Shown here: positions 15,287-22,343 of the stretch, in pieces
How positions within the stretch are numbered: position 1 is the stretch's first letter
Layout: the number at the start of each line of letters is the position of its first letter
DNA from: Candidatus Saccharimonadota bacterium
Lineage (GTDB): Archaea > Nanohalarchaeota > Nanosalinia > Nanosalinales > Nanosalinaceae
Direction: 5' to 3'
NCBI GenBank assembly: GCA_001761425.1
Contig: CP012986.1
Span: 960,001-992,000, forward strand
Length of the DNA stretch: 32,000 bases
Notes under the pieces: model-generated
Database searches by the model: none
What the model was told of the DNA's origin: nothing
Seen by the model: only the letters and a program-made list of their open reading frames with translations
Position numbers and translations under genes: made by a program

Positions 15287-16504
15287 ATGACCACAGTCCA
15301 GGAACTCAAAGAACTGGAAGAACTGGAAAACCCGGAACTCAGCTTCGAACAGGAAAAACTCATCGGAGAACTCTCACAAGCAGGGAAAATCCTGATAGAC
15401 AGAGCCTCCTGGATCAAAAACATCAAGATCAAGAACAAAGTCAGCGAGCGAGAAAGATTCAAGCAGAAACGCAGGAAAGGCAAAAATTTCAGGCCGGAAT
15501 TCGAGTACAGAAAATTTCCTCACGACGAGGAAAAACTGCTGAAAGTACTGGATCAATGCATAAAGGCCTCACAGGGAATCAGCGAGCAGCACCTGGAAAA
15601 GTACGGAGCGAAAAAAATCACCGCAGAAGATATGACAGAGTTTTTCTCGGAGATCTTCCAGGAGATGAAACTCTACGTCAAACTAGGCGCAAATATTGAA
15701 AGCGAGGAGGCCTGGCGCAGGTACTCGAAAAAGATATGGCCTCTAACACAAAAGAAAACTGTGGAAAACTCGAGGAAAAAACTTGGAGGCCTTGAACCCC
15801 AGGAAATGGAGAAAAACATTTCCCCTGAAGAGCTTGCGGAGATGTTTGAACAGGAGCTTGATAGATTAGATGTTGAGTACGACGTAGAGATCAGGGATAC
15901 AGGAGGATGCTACAACATCCCAGAGAAGAGAACTGTAGTAGTCGCTGCCGGAGACGAAGAAAAAAGGATGTATTCAAGGCCCGAGGCCGAGATGCTGACA
16001 ATGCATGAGCTTTTCCACGCAATGAGAGCATTAAACGGGTTTGAAGCAGGAAGAAAATCAGGTTTCCCTGAGATTCTAGGCCTTCACACGCCTTTCTACG
16101 ATCAGACTGAGGAGGGCGGCGCTCTTTTCAGGGAGAAAGCGACAGAAACCAGTTTTGAGGATAAAGAGTTTGACTACCATCTTCGTCTGATCGCTGCTGT
16201 CGAGATCGCTCGTTCAGATGATTACAGGGAAAGTTTCCAGGAAATAGTTGAGAAACTTATCGACCTCGGTGGAAGCGTTGACAGAAGTTTTTATCTGGTA
16301 GCTAGGAACCGTGAGGCCTTGAGGCATCATATCTACCAGGCAGGATACTTCGAGGAATGGAAAGACCGGGACGAGAAATGGCCTCTGCTGATTGGAAAGA
16401 TAAACTCTGAATGGGCGGAAAAGTTCAGGGAAGAGGTAGAGGCCGGAGGAATGTTTGAAAGGCCTCTGATCGGCGAAGAAAAACTTTTCGATTTCCAGTT
16501 TTAA
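15287..16504 (+). CDS. HExxH zinc metallopeptidase, tentatively DUF1704 / QEGLA-motif / MATCAP-like carboxypeptidase family
   Basis: The track starts at 15128, overlapping the divergent gene. The ATG at 15287 (MTTVQELKELEE...) is the sensible start. The motif string is MHELFHAMRALNG...TEEGGALFRE, which matches the family pattern HE..H ... NG ... (Q/E)EG(L/G)A as I remember it. Confidence 0.6.
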   Translation: MTTVQELKELEELENPELSFEQEKLIGELSQAGKILIDRASWIKNIKIKNKVSERERFKQKRRKGKNFRPEFEYRKFPHDEEKLLKVLDQCIKASQGISEQHLEKYGAKKITAEDMTEFFSEIFQEMKLYVKLGANIESEEAWRRYSKKIWPLTQKKTVENSRKKLGGLEPQEMEKNISPEELAEMFEQELDRLDVEYDVEIRDTGGCYNIPEKRTVVVAAGDEEKRMYSRPEAEMLTMHELFHAMRALNGFEAGRKSGFPEILGLHTPFYDQTEEGGALFREKATETSFEDKEFDYHLRLIAAVEIARSDDYRESFQEIVEKLIDLGGSVDRSFYLVARNREALRHHIYQAGYFEEWKDRDEKWPLLIGKINSEWAEKFREEVEAGGMFERPLIGEEKLFDFQF

Positions 16505-16527
16505 ACATTGACCTAGATCGTTAAAAC

Positions 16528-16935
16528 ATGTCCTGTAAAATCATGCTCGATACAAATTTCCTGGTAGCACCTTTCCAGCTGTCGATCGACCTATTCGAGG
16601 AGATAGACAGGCTTTACCCTGTAAACAAGGTCTACACCCTGGAGGATGCGGTACAGGAAGCGAAGTCAATAGAAGAAGGTCGTTACAAGGCCTTGATTGA
16701 GAAGCTTATTGAAACTCAGGATATAAAGGTACTTGAAACGGAGAAGGAAACAGATTCTTCTCGTAAAGTAGAAAAGGAAGAGGAAGTAGATGATCTTCTA
16801 GTCAACATATGCGATGAATTCATCATCGCAACCAATGACAGGCAACTAAAGGAAAGGCTGGTAAAACAGGGCGCAGAAGTCCTGTTCATAAGGAGCGGAG
16901 ACCACCTTGAAGCTATCAACAGAAACGAACTCTAA
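16528..16935 (+). CDS. PIN-domain protein (Fcf1/Utp24-like small archaeal PIN)
   Basis: The N-terminus is IMLDTNFLV (first acidic residue) and the C-terminus is FIIATNDRQLKERL. An acidic insertion ETEKETDSSRKVEKEEEVDD lies between them. Confidence 0.7.
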   Translation: MSCKIMLDTNFLVAPFQLSIDLFEEIDRLYPVNKVYTLEDAVQEAKSIEEGRYKALIEKLIETQDIKVLETEKETDSSRKVEKEEEVDDLLVNICDEFIIATNDRQLKERLVKQGAEVLFIRSGDHLEAINRNEL

Positions 16936-16976
16936 ACACCAACAAACTCATAAACTCTTTACTACCTTTCAGTCAA

Positions 16977-17852
16977 ATGAACATGGATGGCTGGTTTGAG
17001 GATCCAGGACACCTGAGGCCCAATGATATCGCTGAAGGCCTGGAAAGACAGTACTGGGATGATTTTGCCGAAGAGGTCTCTGGCAATGTATCAGGATACC
17101 AGGACGAAGAATTCGTAGAAGTAAGGCCAGAGGACGTCATCGAAGTTCTGGAAAAATACGACCCCGGGACACAGGACTCTGCAACTGAGGATGCCGTAAG
17201 ATCCAGAATCAAAAGCAGGGTACTGAACCCGTATATCAGAGACGAGGAAACACCGGATTACATTGACCAGATAGTGACCAAACAGTTCCCAGGCCTCAAA
17301 GGAAAATACAGATTGGCGGATCAGGGCCTTGCACGCACAGTCTTCAGAGGACCTGTGGACTCAGAAAAAGATAAAGCACTTTACCTGCCGAATGAAGGCC
17401 TTGAACCGGATATCTACGACATCGATATCAGGAACAGGATGGTGATGGTAGCAGTTTCTATGCAGAACGCTGAAAGAATCGAAGAGTTCGTCTCGGACAT
17501 ATTCCAGCCCTTAATAATCGAGGACAACGGAAGAAAGATTCCTGCAGCATTTGGAGAATACAGGCCTCTGGAAGACGTACCGGAGGGTCGGAAGAAGGAA
17601 GCAGCTAGCTTTGCAAGAGAACTACAGGACAGAGCTAACTCCGGCGAGATAATAACTCTGTACACCCTGGAAGAAGACACGGAAAACGAGTTCGTCTTCG
17701 GAGAAAGCCACAGAGAGGAAAACATAAGATATGATACAGAAAGAGAGAAACTGGTTGCAGCAGATGCCGGAGAGATTAATCCGAACGTATCAAGAGAGGA
17801 AGTTGAAGGCCTTCTCGACCAGGAATACATTGACCTGATAGAGTCATTCTAG
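16977..17852 (+). CDS. Hypothetical acidic protein
   Basis: The 291-aa ORF has the acidic, halophile-type composition of its neighbours. I recognise no motif. Confidence 0.6.
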   Translation: MNMDGWFEDPGHLRPNDIAEGLERQYWDDFAEEVSGNVSGYQDEEFVEVRPEDVIEVLEKYDPGTQDSATEDAVRSRIKSRVLNPYIRDEETPDYIDQIVTKQFPGLKGKYRLADQGLARTVFRGPVDSEKDKALYLPNEGLEPDIYDIDIRNRMVMVAVSMQNAERIEEFVSDIFQPLIIEDNGRKIPAAFGEYRPLEDVPEGRKKEAASFARELQDRANSGEIITLYTLEEDTENEFVFGESHREENIRYDTEREKLVAADAGEINPNVSREEVEGLLDQEYIDLIESF

Positions 17853-17899
17853 AAAAACCAGACTGCTAGATATTCACAGCGACCCTGACCTCGGTAGGG

Positions 17900-17910
17900 T
17901 TTTAAAAATT
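17900..17910 (+). promoter_or_regulatory. TATA-box-like element upstream of the rpoE1 operon
   Basis: TTTTAAAAATT lies at 17900-17910. The SD-like GAGGTAGAGGA is at 17938-17947 and the ATG at 17953. Confidence 0.35.
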
Positions 17911-17952
17911 ACTGCCGTCCCCTTTAATGTCCCATAGAGGTAGAGGAATTTT

Positions 17953-18531
17953 ATGTACAAACACGTTACGATTAAGGACTCAGTGAGAGTGCCGCCAAAG
18001 CACCTCGGAGAAGACGTTGAGAAATCTGTTAAAGGAGGCCTTGCCTCTGAAGTAGAAGGAGAGATTTTCGAGGACTTAGGTGTAGTAATCGGTATCGAGG
18101 AAGTTAACAGCGTTGAAGGTGGAGAGATCGAGCCTGAAGATGCAGGTGTCCACTACAACGTCGAGTACAGGGCACTTGTGTTTGAGCCTGAAATGCATGA
18201 GATCGTAACAGGTGAAGTCGTCGATGTGACCGATTTCGGAGCCTTCATCCGTTTAGGTCCTTTCGACGGACTCTGCCATGTTTCCCAGATCATGGACGAA
18301 TACGTGAACATGGACGAGGAAAACAGCATGCTTGTCTCCGAAGAGAACCAGTTCACAGTTGAGAAAGGAGACTCAGTTACCGCAAGAATTATCGCAGTTT
18401 CCCTCGAAAACAATGAGACCAACAAGATCAACCTTACGATGAGACAGCCAGGCCTCGGAAAAGAAGAATGGATCGAGCTTTACGAGGAAGAGCAAGAAGA
18501 ACAAGAGGAAGAGGACGAAGGTGAAGAATAA
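17953..18531 (+). CDS. rpoE1: DNA-directed RNA polymerase subunit E' (Rpo7)
   Basis: The N-terminus MYKHVTIKDSVRVPPKHLGED is typical. The S1 domain is GEVVDVTDFGAFIRLGPFDGLCHVSQI. The tail is poly-acidic. Confidence 0.9.
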   Translation: MYKHVTIKDSVRVPPKHLGEDVEKSVKGGLASEVEGEIFEDLGVVIGIEEVNSVEGGEIEPEDAGVHYNVEYRALVFEPEMHEIVTGEVVDVTDFGAFIRLGPFDGLCHVSQIMDEYVNMDEENSMLVSEENQFTVEKGDSVTARIIAVSLENNETNKINLTMRQPGLGKEEWIELYEEEQEEQEEEDEGEE

Positions 18532-18534
18532 AAG

Positions 18535-18639
18535 ATGATCGAAAATCACAGCTTCTCCCGACTTAAAGGCCTATCAGGCCTTCAGGCAAGAAACCTGGAA
18601 GGTTTCGGACAAGCCGAGAACCACGAGGCGATCTTCTAA
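18535..18639 (+). CDS. Small ORF A (34 aa), paralogue of ORF B; its stop overlaps the spt4 ATG (TAATG)
   Basis: I translated it manually as MIENHSFSRLKGLSGLQARNLEGFGQAENHEAIF. It starts 3 nt after the rpoE1 stop. Homology to ORF B runs exactly from ATG to stop (see findings). Confidence 0.5.
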   Translation: MIENHSFSRLKGLSGLQARNLEGFGQAENHEAIF

Positions 18640-18827
18640 TGGCTGAGAAAGCGTGCAGGAACTGCAACCGTATCGTAGAAGACGCATCCGAATGCCCCGT
18701 ATGCAAAAACAATGATTTATCCGATTCCTGGAACGGACTCGTAGTTATCTACAACCCTGAAGACTCCGAAATATCGGAGAAAATGGGTATAAACACTCCA
18801 GGACGTTACGCAATCCGTGTCAAATAA
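18639..18827 (+). CDS. spt4: Transcription elongation factor Spt4 / RNA polymerase subunit E''
   Basis: The 62-aa ORF has the zinc ribbon CRNC...CPVC and a C-terminus GRYAIRV typical of the family. Confidence 0.9.
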   Translation: MAEKACRNCNRIVEDASECPVCKNNDLSDSWNGLVVIYNPEDSEISEKMGINTPGRYAIRVK

Positions 18828-18839
18828 AAACGTGATACT

Positions 18840-18947
18840 ATGTACAAAAATCAAAGATTTTTTGGACTCAAAGGCCTTTCAGGCCTTTTTCAGACAAGAA
18901 ACCTTCAAGGTTTCGGACTAGCAGAAACTCACAAAGGTGAGTTTTGA
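18840..18947 (+). CDS. Small ORF B (35 aa), paralogue of ORF A; its stop directly abuts the rps24e ATG (TGAATG)
   Basis: I translated it manually as MYKNQRFFGLKGLSGLFQTRNLQGFGLAETHKGEF. Confidence 0.5.
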   Translation: MYKNQRFFGLKGLSGLFQTRNLQGFGLAETHKGEF

Positions 18948-19391
18948 ATGGAAGCAAAGATTACAGCCGTAAAGGAAAACCCTCTCCTAGACAGGAGAGA
19001 AGTAGAAGTAGAAGTAAAACACGAACAAGAGGCCACACCAAGCAAAGAAGGCGTCGCAGATCGAGTTGCAGCAGAAAACGGCCTCAACACAGACGAAATA
19101 GACGTAGAACACGTCTACACAGGCTACGGAAGACAGGAGTCCAAGGCCTTCCTCAAAGTCCACCAGCAGTTCGAATACGACGAAGAACTTCAGGAAGAAA
19201 CCATCGAAGAAGAGGAAGACGTACAGGTCACAGAAGAATACGCAGAAATTGTCTCAGGAACCATCACAGAAGCTAAGAACCAGCTGAACGAGATGGAAAA
19301 TCCTGACTTCAAGGCCTCACTCAAAGCAGAAAAAGAAAACAAAAACCGTACAACACTCATCGACTGGCTTGAAAGCCAGATCGAAGGCTGA
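18948..19391 (+). CDS. rps24e: 30S ribosomal protein S24e with a C-terminal extension of about 45 aa
   Basis: The N-terminus [27 protein letters not shown]...[16 protein letters not shown] matches the S24e pattern. It has the conserved archaeal neighbours spt4 upstream and rps27ae downstream. Confidence 0.9.
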   Translation: MEAKITAVKENPLLDRREVEVEVKHEQEATPSKEGVADRVAAENGLNTDEIDVEHVYTGYGRQESKAFLKVHQQFEYDEELQEETIEEEEDVQVTEEYAEIVSGTITEAKNQLNEMENPDFKASLKAEKENKNRTTLIDWLESQIEG

Positions 19392-19429
19392 AGGCCTTCT
19401 CAAAAATCTCTTCACGAGGTGAACAGATT

Positions 19430-19579
19430 ATGGGAAAACATGAAGTAGTCCAGATCCACGAAAAATACGACGAAGAAGGCAACTACACAGGAGAGAAATG
19501 CCCAAGATGCGGATCCTTCCTGGCCGAACACGACAACCGCAAAGCATGCGGCAAATGCGGCTACACAAAACACGAATAA
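19430..19579 (+). CDS. rps27ae: 30S ribosomal protein S27ae (49 aa, below the ORF-track threshold)
   Basis: I translated it manually as [49 protein letters not shown]. It has the zinc ribbon CPRC...CGKC. The SD GAGGTGA is at 19416-19422. Confidence 0.85.
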   Translation: MGKHEVVQIHEKYDEEGNYTGEKCPRCGSFLAEHDNRKACGKCGYTKHE

Positions 19580-19669
19580 ACACTCCAGAGGCCTCTCGAA
19601 GGCTTCAAATACTTCTTCTCCAATTTATTTTCTGACGGTTATTTAATTATCGCACAGAAATATTCCTGT

Positions 19670-20227
19670 ATGAGGAGAATCTTTTTCGCCACCGGCAACA
19701 AGGGAAAAGTCAAACATGCTTCTAACATCCTGGGCGACGAGTTCAAGGTAAGACAGGTTGATGTAGAAACAGTAGAACCCAGTATCGATTCTATCGAAGA
19801 AATCGCGGAGGCGAAAGTAAGACAGGCCAGGGAGAAAGCAGATATCCCTGATGAAGGCCTCCTGATCGCAGATGATTCAGGCCTTTTCGTGGATTCTCTG
19901 AACGGTTTTCCAGGCCCTCAAACTTCGTTTTTCGACGAGAAAGTCGGCAAAAACAATCTGCTGAAATTAGTCAAGGAAGATAACTCCGCAAAGTTTAGAG
20001 CTGCAGTAGCTCTGGATCTCGGAAATGATACGAAAGTGTTCACGGGCGAGGCCTCTGGAGAAGTCGTTGAACCCCGTGGAGACGATGGCTTTGGCTACGA
20101 TCCTCTTTTCCTGCCGGATGGAAACGATAGTACATGGGGAGAGGACAGTGAGTTCAAGGATGAGAGTTCTCACAGGAAGGAGGCCCTGGAGAAGCTGAGG
20201 GATTACATCTCGACAGGTGTAGAGTAG
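19670..20227 (+). CDS. Non-canonical purine NTP pyrophosphatase (ITPase, HAM1/RdgB family)
   Basis: Motifs are FATGNKGK, ADDSGL, FPGP, GFGYDPLF and SHR. Confidence 0.9.
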   Translation: MRRIFFATGNKGKVKHASNILGDEFKVRQVDVETVEPSIDSIEEIAEAKVRQAREKADIPDEGLLIADDSGLFVDSLNGFPGPQTSFFDEKVGKNNLLKLVKEDNSAKFRAAVALDLGNDTKVFTGEASGEVVEPRGDDGFGYDPLFLPDGNDSTWGEDSEFKDESSHRKEALEKLRDYISTGVE

Positions 20228-20271
20228 TCGGTAATTTTGTTTTTAACTTCTGATGACTAAGGCCTTTCTGT

Positions 20272-21246
20272 ATGAAGGTCCTTGGAATAGAATCTACTGC
20301 CCACACGTTAGGAATTGGGATCGTGGATGAGGATAAGGTATACGCAAATACTAGGGACATGTTCGAGCCGGAAGAGGGCGGTATCCATCCGCGTAAGGCT
20401 GCGGAGCATCATTACCAGCATGCACTGGAGTTGATCAATAATGTGCAGCAGAAAGCAGGCCTTGAAATAGAGGATATGGATGCCGTGGCTTTCTCACAGG
20501 GTCCAGGCCTTCCGCAGTGCCTGGATGTCGGTGCTGTTATAGCGAGAAGTCTGTCAAAGAAACATGGAATCCCTCTTGTAGGAGTTAATCACTGCCTGTC
20601 ACATATCTCGATAGGAACAAGGACTACAGCCGCGGAAAATCCTACCACTCTGTATATTTCCGGCGGAAACTCACAGATCCTTGACTTCAGATCAGGAAGA
20701 TACAGAGTTATCGGAGAAACACTCGACATAGCACTTGGAAACGCACTTGACAAACTTGCGAGAAAACTGGATTATCCACATCCGGGAGGCCCTGAAATCG
20801 AAAAACTGGCCGAAGAGACTGACAAGATAATCGAACTTTCCTATCCGATCAAAGGCATGGACTTTTCCTTCTCAGGCCTTACAACGGAAACAGAACGGAA
20901 GATCGGCGACGTATCCGACAATATTTTAGCCAACAGTTTCCAGGAGTACGCATACTCTGCCGTGGTTGAAGCACTGGAAAGAGCAATGGCCCAGGAAGGA
21001 AGCAAACAAGCACTTCTGACAGGAGGAGTAGCAATGAATTCACGCCTCAGAGAGATGGTGGAGAAGATGTGCGAGCAGCGAGATGCCGAGGCCTACTTCC
21101 CACCTCCAGAGTTCTGCATGGACAACGGTGCGATGATCGCACACCAAGGCCTTATCGAACTGAAGGCGGGGAAAAATACTTCCATAAGCGAATCTGCGAA
21201 GAAGCCTAACTGGAGGCCTGACGAAGTACAGGTCAACTGGATCTGA
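20272..21246 (+). CDS. kae1: tRNA N6-adenosine threonylcarbamoyltransferase Kae1 (KEOPS catalytic subunit)
   Basis: Motifs are VLGIESTAHTLGIGIV, GVNHCLSHI, YISGGNSQ and GGVAMN. It is stand-alone and not fused to Bud32. Confidence 0.93.
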   Translation: MKVLGIESTAHTLGIGIVDEDKVYANTRDMFEPEEGGIHPRKAAEHHYQHALELINNVQQKAGLEIEDMDAVAFSQGPGLPQCLDVGAVIARSLSKKHGIPLVGVNHCLSHISIGTRTTAAENPTTLYISGGNSQILDFRSGRYRVIGETLDIALGNALDKLARKLDYPHPGGPEIEKLAEETDKIIELSYPIKGMDFSFSGLTTETERKIGDVSDNILANSFQEYAYSAVVEALERAMAQEGSKQALLTGGVAMNSRLREMVEKMCEQRDAEAYFPPPEFCMDNGAMIAHQGLIELKAGKNTSISESAKKPNWRPDEVQVNWI

Positions 21247-21310
21247 CGTGGTAACATGGTAAACAAAGCTCGGAGCGCAGCTGAAGCAAAGATCGGAACA
21301 TGGAAGGCAC

Positions 21311-21754
21311 ATGACGAGAGATGCTGATATGCTCAGGCAGAAGGCCTCGGATTTCTTCGACATTGTGACAGAGGCAGACAGCGAAGAAGTTGATTACGCC
21401 GGTGAGATGGTCAGAAGAGCTTTCTGGCTGGCAGACGAAGGTGAAAAATATCAGGATGAGAACAGGGATCTGGAGAATCACTTCTACGATTCCGCAGAGA
21501 ACTTCCTGAGAGAGGCCTTCGAAACCGTGGGTCTGGACGGCGATATCGCCAGGCATCGAAGAGACTGGTGGCAGGGATACAGACACGGAGAGATCAGAGA
21601 CAGCTCAATAGAAAAAGATCTAGAAGAAATTCTGGGAGAGAAGTACGAGCCCAGAGATCTAAACAACTTCAAGAAGGCAGCTTATGCACACGATGAAAAT
21701 AACTGGGAAAAAGCTTTCGAACTACTGGAACCAGTATACCAGAAGGTGGTGTAG
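21311..21754 (+). CDS. Hypothetical protein, predicted helical, acidic with W/R/H-rich patches
   Basis: The 147-aa ORF has a stop that directly abuts the ATG of the YrdC/Sua5 gene (TAGATG). I recognise no motif. Confidence 0.6.
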   Translation: MTRDADMLRQKASDFFDIVTEADSEEVDYAGEMVRRAFWLADEGEKYQDENRDLENHFYDSAENFLREAFETVGLDGDIARHRRDWWQGYRHGEIRDSSIEKDLEEILGEKYEPRDLNNFKKAAYAHDENNWEKAFELLEPVYQKVV

Positions 21755-22342
21755 ATGGAAATAGAGACAGACGAGATCGAGAAGGCGAAAAAAGTTATCG
21801 AAAATGGAGGCCTTGTAGTCTTCCCGACTGAAACAGCTTACGGGATCGCAGCTGATGCAACAAATCCTTTCGCCGTCGAAAAAGTATACGACGCCAAAGA
21901 TAGACCCAAGAGCAAAGGCCTTACTACTATCGTAGACTCCTTAGAGACAGCGGAAGAATACGGTGATCTTTCTGAAGAGGAGGTAAAGGTTATCCAGGAG
22001 TTCATGCCCGGTCCGTTAACAGTTGTCACGAACAAAGGTGAAGGCCTTCCACCGACCCTGAACGATGATTTCGTGTTCAGGATTTCTTCTGGCGAAGTCG
22101 CCTCGAAGCTTTCGGAGGTAGGGCCTATCACCGCTACTTCCGCGAATATCTCCGGTGAAAAGACCTCTTACAGCATCTCTGATATTTCCAATAAGCTGCT
22201 TGATGAAGTTGATTTCGTTCTTGACGCTGGCGAACTGGAGGCCTCTGAGACTTCCAGTATCGTTGAAATTAATAACGGGGAAGTCGAAGTTCATCGTGAA
22301 GGCCCCGTCACAGAGGCGGAGCTGAGAAAGGCTTTGAAATAA
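21755..22342 (+). CDS. tsaC: L-threonylcarbamoyladenylate synthase, short YrdC/TsaC-type (no Sua5 C-terminal domain)
   Basis: The YrdC signature is GGLVVFPTETAYGIAADATNPFAVEKVYDAKDRP. With ATSANISGE, the protein is only 195 aa. Confidence 0.88.
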   Translation: MEIETDEIEKAKKVIENGGLVVFPTETAYGIAADATNPFAVEKVYDAKDRPKSKGLTTIVDSLETAEEYGDLSEEEVKVIQEFMPGPLTVVTNKGEGLPPTLNDDFVFRISSGEVASKLSEVGPITATSANISGEKTSYSISDISNKLLDEVDFVLDAGELEASETSSIVEINNGEVEVHREGPVTEAELRKALK

Positions 22343-22343
22343 G

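Noticed and set aside
18945-18947. Stop-codon read-through or recoding might fuse small ORF B to rps24e, because the TGA is in frame with the following ATG.
   Set aside because: The paralogous ORF A and copy C are not in frame with their downstream genes. S24e also has a normal N-terminus starting at the ATG.
21256-21327. A 23-codon ORF just after kae1, MVNKARSAAEAKIGTWKAHDERC, weakly resembles the Bud32 N-terminus (KGAEA...). This hints at a relic of a Kae1-Bud32 fusion.
   Set aside because: The resemblance rests on about five residues with an insertion. It cannot be distinguished from chance without alignments.
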